Made by a program: the position numbers and the translations under genes. This document shows positions 39,268-47,601 of a stretch of DNA of 64,000 nucleotides, in pieces. The notes under the pieces were generated by a model. The model saw only the letters and a program-made list of their open reading frames with translations. It was not told the DNA's origin and searched no databases. Each line of letters starts with the position of its first letter. Position 1 is the stretch's first letter. Origin of the DNA: an uncultured Planctomycetia bacterium (lineage in GTDB: Bacteria; Omnitrophota; Gorgyraeia; B26-G9); contig CAYTGV010000003.1 of the NCBI GenBank assembly GCA_964437495.1, forward strand, positions 17,910-81,909, given 5' to 3'.

Positions 39268-40149
39268 ATGAGAAATATAAATAGATATTTTTGTCGAGCA
39301 TTAGATTCCAATAACACATTTTCGCCAAGTGTTCATTGGGAGCATTGTCTTTTGTTAGAAAAGGCAATGTTGGATATATTACAATATATTCCCATACATG
39401 ATGGGATGCCGGATGAGAATTGGAAAGTTAGCAGTCCAAAATTAATAGATATATTTGTCAAGTCATGCTTCCTTTTTGAAGCGGCATTTAAAGGTATTTC
39501 AAATGAACCAACGGATCGTATTGTCAACTATCTTAAACAAAATGCATATGTATGGAGTGAATATTTTCTTGATGGAAAAAATCGCAACGGCAAATGTAAA
39601 GAATTAGATATTTGCGATTTTTTAACCTTTTATGACGCGTATTGTTCCTTGAACTTCTTAGAAGCAAGAATCAGATGTTCTCAAAATATTAGTGACGTTT
39701 GGGTAAATAAAATGACTGTAATTCGTCCATTTTTTAATATGAAACTCGAAAATAATGTAGTAATTAAATCCCCTGATTGGTGGAAAAAATACACACAAAT
39801 TAAACATAATTTTTATTCCTATCCACAAGAAATTAATTTGGAAGCTACAATTGAAGCTTTAGCTGCATTGATATCTTTCACCGCAGTTGTTCCTCAGATG
39901 CGTCGATTACTCTGCGATCATGGGTACATACAGGATAATTTTAAAAAACCTTTTGATATTGAAAAAATCGGACGAAAAATTAATGATAAATTTGTTAAGG
40001 ACCCTTGGGTTAACCATAAAAAAATGTTCTTCGAGGAATATGATGATATTGATACGATGCCCGCTATTGCATGTGTATCAGATTTATTTATAGTACCTTT
40101 TGTAGGCGATTATAGAAAAGCTAGATTATGGTCGGGGATAGGAAAATAA
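39268..40149 (+). CDS. hypothetical protein (293 aa), no recognised domain
   Basis: ORF in operon context; Cys/His-rich, W-rich C-terminal region. Confidence 0.35.
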   Translation: MRNINRYFCRALDSNNTFSPSVHWEHCLLLEKAMLDILQYIPIHDGMPDENWKVSSPKLIDIFVKSCFLFEAAFKGISNEPTDRIVNYLKQNAYVWSEYFLDGKNRNGKCKELDICDFLTFYDAYCSLNFLEARIRCSQNISDVWVNKMTVIRPFFNMKLENNVVIKSPDWWKKYTQIKHNFYSYPQEINLEATIEALAALISFTAVVPQMRRLLCDHGYIQDNFKKPFDIEKIGRKINDKFVKDPWVNHKKMFFEEYDDIDTMPAIACVSDLFIVPFVGDYRKARLWSGIGK

Positions 40150-40154
40150 GAGTT

Positions 40155-40246
40155 GATAAAACCAGAAAGAGATTATAGTACTTTTCCGGTGTTTACAAAT
40201 GCTGATTTAAAGAAAATTAAAAGGTGGAAAGATAAAATTAAATAAA
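40155..40246 (+). pseudogene. 3'-end remnant of a second copy of the excisionase-like HTH gene (ELIKPERDYSTFPVFTNADLKKIKRWKDKIK then stop)
   Basis: Translation aligns with C-terminus of 37359 gene (GWVTPKRDFKNHPVFTDADLKKIKGWMNKLK); no start codon or HTH portion. Confidence 0.5.
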
Positions 40247-40268
40247 GAGGTGTTAAGGACTTAATAAT

Positions 40269-41060
40269 ATGGCACATTTAACTACTAATGAAAAACAAAT
40301 TCTTGAGAAGCTCTTTCAACTGGGAGGGGGCTATGTTTTGAATTTTTCTGATAGAACCATGGGGGAGTTTTTTAAAGACGATGTTGGTATTGATATATAC
40401 GATGAAAAGTATAATTATGCCAGTGGTTCAAAGGCTAATCGTATGCGTGGATTTTGGCGTGAGGCAAATAATGCAATAGTTAGCGCCTCGATTATTAAAT
40501 TAGTTGAGTATCTTAAAAACCAGATGCTTTTAGGCGAATTGAAAGAGAAAGAATTTCCTGAAAAATTATTACAGCGTGCTTTACAAATAGCGAGTAAATT
40601 AGCCGCAAATGATAACAAGAATGTGGTTTTTACAGTAAAGCCAATCAAAACACTTGTAGCCCAACTTCAAGAAGCTAAATTAAAAGATGGTAAAATTACT
40701 ATAACTTTACACAAGAAAGTTTTTGACCACGTTCAAAGCCTTCTGTCTGATGGACACTACTTTAATGCAGTTGAAGAAGCATATAAAATCGTTAGAAATA
40801 AATTGCGCGATGTTAGCGGTAGCGAGAGGGCAACGGATGCTTTTAAAGAGGCTAACTATGAGCGTATTTTTGGTCATAATCCGGCAAATCAAGCGGAAAA
40901 AGATTTTTATGAAGGAGTAAAATTTTTACATATGGCTATACAGTTTTTAAGGAATGAAAAAGCTCATACACCAGCATATGATTTAGATAAAAATTTGGCA
41001 ATTCATTATATAGCACTAGCTAGCTTGGCGTATGATTTGGTTGATAGGCAAAAGAAGTAA
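40269..41060 (+). CDS. HEPN-domain protein of the TIGR02391-like family (263 aa)
   Basis: C-terminal FLRNEKAHTP (R-x4-H HEPN motif) within GHYFNAVEEAYKIVRNKLRD ... context typical of TIGR02391/Abi-associated HEPN. Confidence 0.5.
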   Translation: MAHLTTNEKQILEKLFQLGGGYVLNFSDRTMGEFFKDDVGIDIYDEKYNYASGSKANRMRGFWREANNAIVSASIIKLVEYLKNQMLLGELKEKEFPEKLLQRALQIASKLAANDNKNVVFTVKPIKTLVAQLQEAKLKDGKITITLHKKVFDHVQSLLSDGHYFNAVEEAYKIVRNKLRDVSGSERATDAFKEANYERIFGHNPANQAEKDFYEGVKFLHMAIQFLRNEKAHTPAYDLDKNLAIHYIALASLAYDLVDRQKK

Positions 41061-41144
41061 ATATCTATTGCAATTATCCTGTATTTACAGAACTAGATTT
41101 TTTAAAAATTAAAATTTGGGAAAAGAAACTAAAAGAGGTGTGAT

Positions 41145-43916
41145 ATGAATTGTTTGACAGGTTCATTGTGGCGTAAATGGGATTTGCATGTGCATGCTCC
41201 GGGAACAAAACTTAATGATGGATATAAGGTTGAAGATGGAAAAAATGTCTGGGATGATTTCTGCAAAATTGTAGAAGAATCTGATGTTGAGGTTTTTGCT
41301 ATTACGGATTATTTTTCAACTGATGTATATAAAACTTTTAAAATTGAGTATCAAAAAAGATATCCAGAATCAAGAAAAAAGTTCTTTTTGAACATTGAAC
41401 TTAAACTTAATGAGTCAGTAAATAGTAAATCAGAAGAAATTAATTTACATTTAATCTTTAATCCATTATCCGCTGATAAGGCTGACGATTTCTTGAGTAA
41501 TTTGAAGCTTGTAAAAACAGGGAAAGATGGAATCTCAATAAAGTGTTCAGACTTAAATTCAGTTGATGACTATAAATCGGCAACTGTTACAAGAGATTTT
41601 ATCGAATTTGCATTTCAGGAGACCTTTGGAAAGAAAGCTATTCGGCAAGATCATTTTCTTATTTTTACAGCTGCTAATAATGAGGGGATTCGTCCTGAAA
41701 AAGGTAAAAAGAGAAAAGAAATTATAAGTGATGAAGTTGATAAATTTAGCGATGTTTTTTTGGGAGGGGCGCAAAATGTAGTGTATTTTTTGGGAGAGGA
41801 TAGGCTTGAAGATAATGAACAGAAAATAATCAAAAAACCTGTTGTCTCAGGTAGTGATTGTCATTCCTTTCAAGATTTAAATGCATTTCTTGGGAAGAGG
41901 GTTATTAAAAATATTGATGGGAAAGAAATAATTATAAAAGATATCACTTGGATAAAGGCAAATCCAACCTTTGAAGGTTTAAAACAGATAATTTATGAGC
42001 CAGAGCCTGGAGAACGGGTTTATATCGGCACACTCGAACCTGATAGGAAAAATGATTTTCAAATAATACGAAAAATAAGGTTTGAAAATTCAACTGATTT
42101 TCCTACTGAAATTTATTTCAACAATAACCTTTGCTCTATTATTGGCAGTAGATCTACTGGTAAATCGGCGTTACTTGCATATATAGCGCATTCTATAGAT
42201 AAAGATTTAGCTGAAATGCTGAGGCCTGGCCCAGGAGATGGGGATGATTACCATTGGGATAAAATTGATATTGATTGTTTTGTGGAGTGGGGGAATGGAA
42301 TTTCTTCTAATGATGCTAAGTGAAAGGTAGTTTATATACCGCAAAATTATCTACTTGATAAAAGTAAAGATTCAGAAGAGATAAAGAATAAGATTGAACC
42401 GGTATTGTTTAAAAAATTTACTGAGTTCAAACTGCGATATGAGCAGGCGAAAAAACAGATAGCTGATTGTAATGCTAATATTTCTGATTATGTGAATACT
42501 TGGATTAAATTAGCAGATGCAATTTGTTCGTTTGCAAAAAGTCTAAAAGACTTAGGGGATAAAGAAGGAATTAAGAAAGAAAATAAAAATACTGAAATAA
42601 AAATAGAAGAGCTTAAAAAAAAGTATCAGTTAAGTGAAAGTGATGTTAAAAAATATAAAGAGATAAGTTCTGACTTATCTATGTATGAAGTAAATATCAA
42701 AGAAAGGGAAAAAGAGCTTGCTCAAATTGGTAGTGAAGGGGAAATAGATCAATTTTTTTCATCATTAAACTGGACTTTTGTTCCAAATATCGAAAGTTTG
42801 CCACAGAAGTTGCAAGATGTAATTAAAAAAGAAATGGAAGATGTTGACAACGGAATTCTAAAAAAAGCAAATGAACTAGTTGTTAAATATAAAATTAAGC
42901 TAGATAAAGATATAGATGATTCTGAAAAAGCAATCATCGGAATTAAAAGTGTTAATAATATCTTAATTGAAAAATATCAGAAAAATATTGAGCTCAATGC
43001 GCTTATCAAGAAAATAGAGGGGCTTAATAAGAACTTGCAAACTATAGAATCATTAGAGAAAGAGATAAATATAAAAAGAGTGTTATTGGGTGAATGTCAA
43101 AAAAACATTGATATAGAAATAAGCAAAAGAGAGGATCAATTTAAACAGCTTAAGGAAGATCTTGAAGCTAAAGATCAAAAAGGAGCCGATATAGAATTTA
43201 ATATTGAATATGGATTAAATCCTGGAGATGTGGAAAGGGTTGCAAAAAAAATAAATTTAAAGGAAAGATCCGATTTCGTTGAAAAAAACGAATTAAAAGT
43301 AGATGACATAAGAAAAAAATCAAACGAATTTTTAAAAGCAATTTATTTTGGAAAGCAAAAAATAAATTCAGGTAATATAAAGAAAGATGTTATAGAAGAT
43401 ACGCTAACGTTGACCGAGAATATTTTATTTGCTGCTAAAATGGAAGGGGATCGGATAGGAGGCTTTCTTGAAACTACCATGACTCCTGGCAGGCGAGCTC
43501 TTTTTCTTTTAAGATTGATTCTGGACGAATCAGATGATGCTTGGCCTATTCTCATTGATCAGCCAGAAGATAATTTAGATAGTAGATCTATTGCTAAGGA
43601 AATAGTTCCATTTTTTAAAGGCAGGAAAAAAGAAAGACAAATAATTATGGCTAGTCATAATGCAAATCTCGCAATTGGAGCAGATTCAGAACAAATCATT
43701 GTAGCAAATAGACATGGACAAGATAAGCCAAATTTAGATGGAAAGCAGTTTAATTATTTAACAGGTGGTATCGAAAACACAAAAGAGAAGTCTGAAAAAA
43801 TCAAGGACACGCTAGGATCTCAAGGTATTCGAGAACATGCATGTGAAATATTAGATGGTGGAAAAGAGGCTTTTGAATACAGAAGAAACAAGTATAATTT
43901 TAAAAAGAGATATTGA
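41145..43916 (+). pseudogene. PHP-domain + SMC/ABC-type ATPase (Ppl/PplA-like single-gene defence protein) interrupted by one in-frame TGA (42321-42323)
   Basis: N-terminal WDLHVHAPGT...DG PHP motif. Walker A GSRSTGKSALLAYI. After the stop comes a long coiled-coil, then Walker B/D-loop ILIDQPEDNLD and H-loop MASHNANL. ORFs 41145-42323 and 42405-43916 are in the same frame with no other stop between them. Confidence 0.6.
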
Positions 43917-43918
43917 AA

Positions 43919-45580
43919 ATGCAAGTTGCTTTATATATTAGAGTTTCTACCGAAGATCAAGCAAAAGAGGGATATTCTCTTGAAGTCCAAAGAGAATATC
44001 TTGAATCTTTTGCTAAGCGCGAATGCTTTGAAGTTTTTAAAATCTATTGTGATGAGGGGATAAGTGCCTACTCTACTAGACGAGAAGCGTTACAGCAATT
44101 AATAAAGGATTCTAAGGATAAAAAGTTTGATCTTGTGCTTGTTTATAAAATAGACCGCTTTAGTCGTAAGCTAAAAGACCTTTTAAATTTGGTTGATGAG
44201 TTGTCTTCTTATGGTGTTGGCTTTAAGTCTGCAACTGAGCCTTTCGATAGCACAACATCAGCAGGAAAGTTGATGTTTCAGCAATTAGGTTCCTTTGCAG
44301 AGTTTGAGCGAAATCGTATTTCTGAGAGAGTATTCCCTGGAATGGTTAAAGGTGTTCAACAAGGCAATTGGCAGGGAGCGAGGTTTTCACCGTTTGGCTA
44401 TACTTACAATAAAGAAAAAAAGCTATTAGAAGTTGAGCCTCGGGAAGCGGATATTGTTAAGTTGATTTATACAATGTATCTAACTGGCAAAAGCACGCAT
44501 GAGATTGCTGAGTATTTGAATAAGAAAAAATATCAAACTAGGACAGGAAAACAATTTTATACTAAATTTATAGGTGATATTTTAAAGAATAGAATTTATA
44601 CAGGGAAGATCGTTTGGAATAAAAAGCATTATGATAAAAATCAAAAAACAAAGAAGCATTATAAATATATTAAAAATGATGCTTCAAAAATTATAATTGC
44701 TCAAGGCAAGCATGCTCCAATAATTGATGAGCAGGATTTTGAAGCAGTACAGAAGTTATTAGCTGAAAAGAAAAGAACATGGCGGCCAAGAGTAAAAAAT
44801 AAAGAGTATCTTTTAACTGGTTTGCTTACTTGTACGAAATGTAATCATAAATACAATGGAGTATCATCAATATCAAATCATAGAACTAATAAAAAGAAAC
44901 GATGGTATCGTTGCTCAGGGCCTTATGCTAATCATATTAGATGTACAAATGGATCAGTCAAGGCAGAGGATATTGAACCGGAAGTTACAAAGATTGTGGC
45001 TCAGTTGATTCAAAATGATAGGTTAAAACAGAGCCGATGGATGAGCGGGACTTTGCCAAAAAGCGCAAATTTTCCCAATTTTGGCAAAAATACCAAAATT
45101 GACGCATCTAAACTTAAAAATAAGCTTGAAGATAACCAAAGAAAGCAGTCAAAACTAACAGACGCTTATTTGGAAAATTTGCTTGGAGAAGATGTGTTTC
45201 GTGGTAAGATAGAACAACTTCGCAAGGAAGAGGATGAACTAAAGATAATCCTTGCAGGATATGAACTTAGGGAGATTGAAAGCGAAAGATCAGAAGGGTA
45301 TATTAACAGAGTAAAAGACTTTTTGGATGGGCATGACGAGGCTAAGTCAGCAATAGATTTTGCTACCAAGAAAGCGATGTGCGGACTGCTTTTTAAAAAC
45401 ATCAAAATCGCCCCCGCCATCGGCGGCGCTCGACCCCATAAAAGAATTTCTTTTTCTCTTTTCCCCCCTTTTAATTTTTTGTTTTCAGAAACAGAAAGAA
45501 AATCACAATGTCAACAAAATCAACGGCTTACAAAAATTCGCCGAAAAGTTTCTACATTAAGACATTCGGTTGCCAGATGA
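43919..45580 (+). CDS. large serine recombinase (integrase) of the integrated element
   Basis: N-terminal resolvase catalytic domain with catalytic-Ser context YIRVSTEDQ...DRFSR. Followed by recombinase domain and Cys-rich zinc-ribbon LTCTKCNHKYNG...RCSGP and coiled-coil. The ORF 3' end runs into the att/miaB-promoter repeat and overlaps miaB start. Confidence 0.85.
   Translation: MQVALYIRVSTEDQAKEGYSLEVQREYLESFAKRECFEVFKIYCDEGISAYSTRREALQQLIKDSKDKKFDLVLVYKIDRFSRKLKDLLNLVDELSSYGVGFKSATEPFDSTTSAGKLMFQQLGSFAEFERNRISERVFPGMVKGVQQGNWQGARFSPFGYTYNKEKKLLEVEPREADIVKLIYTMYLTGKSTHEIAEYLNKKKYQTRTGKQFYTKFIGDILKNRIYTGKIVWNKKHYDKNQKTKKHYKYIKNDASKIIIAQGKHAPIIDEQDFEAVQKLLAEKKRTWRPRVKNKEYLLTGLLTCTKCNHKYNGVSSISNHRTNKKKRWYRCSGPYANHIRCTNGSVKAEDIEPEVTKIVAQLIQNDRLKQSRWMSGTLPKSANFPNFGKNTKIDASKLKNKLEDNQRKQSKLTDAYLENLLGEDVFRGKIEQLRKEEDELKIILAGYELREIESERSEGYINRVKDFLDGHDEAKSAIDFATKKAMCGLLFKNIKIAPAIGGARPHKRISFSLFPPFNFLFSETERKSQCQQNQRLTKIRRKVSTLRHSVAR
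45395..45569 (+). repeat. element right end 'r': replacement promoter + first 20 codons for miaB, ending at attR core TTCGG
   Basis: Near-identical inverted copy at 36967-37141. Confidence 0.7.
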
Positions 45581-46809
45581 ATGACCGCGATTCTGAGCTT
45601 GTTGCCGGGCTTTTGATCAAAAAAGGCTATAAACTTGCGGACTCTATTGAAGGCGCGGATATTATTCTGTTTAATACCTGCAGCGTCAGACAAAGGGCTG
45701 AGGATAAGGTCTGGTCTGCGATTGGGAAGCTGAAAAAGCTTAGGACTACAGACCACAGACCACAGACCACAGTTAAAAGCAAAAAAAAAGAATCTATTAA
45801 CTATAGACCATTGACCATTGACCATCGACCAATTATTGGCCTCATTGGCTGTATGGCCCAGGAATGGCAGCAGGCAGTGTTTAATAAGACTCCCTTGGTA
45901 GACCTGGTGGTCGGTCCGAACAATATTTCAGCTATCCCTGGGCTATTAGATGACATGCAAACATCTAATGCAAAAGGCCTGGCTGTCGGAGCTGATCAAA
46001 GAGATGCAAAAGTGTATAATACAGAATATATTGGAGAGATTTCCCATTGTAATGTTAATATAATGGAGGGATGTAATAATTTCTGCTCATACTGTATCGT
46101 GCCGTATGTCAGGGGCAGGGAAAGCAGTCGTCCGGCTGAGGATATTATAAAAGAAATAAAGGCCTTGGTAAAAAAGGGAGTAAAGGAAATAACGCTTTTG
46201 GGGCAGAATGTCAATAGCTACAACAGCGCATCTGTAATTACAAATGACAAATTACAAATGACAAATAAAAAACAAAAGGATGTAGGGGGGGGGCTTGCCT
46301 CCTCCCGTAATAAAAAAACATTCACTGATTTATTGAAAATGGTTAATGATATTAAGGGGATAGAAAGATTTGACTTTGTGACCTCTAATCCTAAAGATGC
46401 CAATACGAAACTGTTCAAGACCATGGCTGAACTGACAAAATGTAAAAGGTTTTTACATTTGCCAGCACAGTCCGGCTCTGATAGAATATTAAAGAAGATG
46501 GGCCGCGGTTATACGCGCAGTAAATATCTGGGGCTTATTAAAAAAGCAAGGCAGATAATGCCTGATCTGAGGATGACTACAGATATTATGGTCGGCTTTC
46601 CGGGTGAGACAAAAAAGGATTTTGAAGATACATTTGATCTAATGAAACAGGTGCAGTTCAGTGCGGCATATATTTTTAAATATTCGCCGCGGCCGTTTAC
46701 CAAGGCTGCTAAAATGGAAGATGATGTTTCTCAAAATGAAAAAAAGCGCAGAAACCAAATATTGCTTGAATACCAGAGAAGTCTACATAAAAAAAGAAAG
46801 CAATTATGA
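45508..46809 (+). CDS. miaB: tRNA-i6A37 methylthiotransferase MiaB (radical SAM MTTase) with two in-frame low-complexity insertions
   Basis: FYIKTFGCQMND MTTase N-terminal, CxxxCxxC radical-SAM (CNNFCSYCIVP), C-terminal TRAM; insertions at about 45745-45840 and about 46228-46318. Confidence 0.9.
   Translation: MSTKSTAYKNSPKSFYIKTFGCQMNDRDSELVAGLLIKKGYKLADSIEGADIILFNTCSVRQRAEDKVWSAIGKLKKLRTTDHRPQTTVKSKKKESINYRPLTIDHRPIIGLIGCMAQEWQQAVFNKTPLVDLVVGPNNISAIPGLLDDMQTSNAKGLAVGADQRDAKVYNTEYIGEISHCNVNIMEGCNNFCSYCIVPYVRGRESSRPAEDIIKEIKALVKKGVKEITLLGQNVNSYNSASVITNDKLQMTNKKQKDVGGGLASSRNKKTFTDLLKMVNDIKGIERFDFVTSNPKDANTKLFKTMAELTKCKRFLHLPAQSGSDRILKKMGRGYTRSKYLGLIKKARQIMPDLRMTTDIMVGFPGETKKDFEDTFDLMKQVQFSAAYIFKYSPRPFTKAAKMEDDVSQNEKKRRNQILLEYQRSLHKKRKQL
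45750..45833 (+). repeat. in-frame heptanucleotide microsatellites inside miaB ((gaccaca)x3 and (gaccatt)x3-4)
   Basis: actacagaccacagaccacagaccacag ... ctatagaccattgaccattgaccatcgacca read directly. Confidence 0.7.
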
Positions 46810-47591
46810 ATAAGAAATTTAAAATCTTGTGTCTTGTGACTTGTGTCTTGTGTCTTGTGGGCAGTTCTGTGTCCAATGTTTATGCTTATAAATACAATAG
46901 GTCTCTTGATGCAGCATTGACGCTTATGCTGCATGGCGAATATCAAAGTGCCTTAGATGAGTGCTGGAATCTGGAACACATTGAAAAAAAGGAGCTTAAA
47001 GGTGAAATCTGGTATTTAAGGGGAATCTGCTTTATGGAGCTTAATATGTATGTCCAGGCACGCAAGGTCTTTAAAGAAGCGATTCCTTTTGCCAAAGGAG
47101 ATCTTTCTACAGAGATTTATATTGGCATTGCGGATTCTTATTTTATAGAGAGAAAATACAGCAAAGCGATTACAATCTATGAACAGCTTCTAAATAAGAT
47201 AAAAAATGAGGATGCGTATTTGTGTGCTTTTTATTATAAGCTTGGTAAATCATTTCAGAAAGAAAGCCAGTGGTCGAAAACAAAGTATTATTTCAATCTG
47301 CTTGAGAGAAAATTCCCCGATAGCCTTGAATCCAAACTTGTTAAAAAATCATCTGTCGGAGGAAATTTCTTTACTATCCAGGTCGGTTGTTTTTCTAATA
47401 TCAGGAATGCGGAAAAACTCCAGCGTGATTTAGAGGTAAAGGGCTATGAGGTTTATCTCACTCCTTTTAAAAGTAACGGTAGACAGTTCTACCGTGTAAG
47501 GGTCGGAGAATTTATGAGCCGGATAGCGGCTCAAAATACTGAAGCAATGCTTAAATCAAAAGAGCATCTGCCTACTCACATTTTCCCCTAA
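46806..47591 (+). CDS. TPR-repeat lipoprotein/secreted protein with C-terminal SPOR peptidoglycan-binding domain
   Basis: Signal peptide; TPR-like helices; C-terminal FTIQVGCFSNIRNAEKLQRDLEVKGYEVYL ... YRVRVGEF SPOR consensus. Confidence 0.6.
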   Translation: MNKKFKILCLVTCVLCLVGSSVSNVYAYKYNRSLDAALTLMLHGEYQSALDECWNLEHIEKKELKGEIWYLRGICFMELNMYVQARKVFKEAIPFAKGDLSTEIYIGIADSYFIERKYSKAITIYEQLLNKIKNEDAYLCAFYYKLGKSFQKESQWSKTKYYFNLLERKFPDSLESKLVKKSSVGGNFFTIQVGCFSNIRNAEKLQRDLEVKGYEVYLTPFKSNGRQFYRVRVGEFMSRIAAQNTEAMLKSKEHLPTHIFP

Positions 47592-47601
47592 AATAGTATA
47601 A

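Larger units (their letters stand above)
26358..45569 (+). mobile_element. about 19.2 kb integrated element (defence island) inserted in the 5' end of miaB; large serine recombinase at right end; attL/attR share TTCGG core
   Basis: Left junction: miaB 5' remnant then GC-rich element end. Right junction: serine recombinase gene, element-borne miaB promoter / N-terminus, TTCGG (45565-45569), then miaB continues. Cargo is nucleases, helicase, methyltransferase and HEPN proteins, with no housekeeping genes. Confidence 0.7.
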
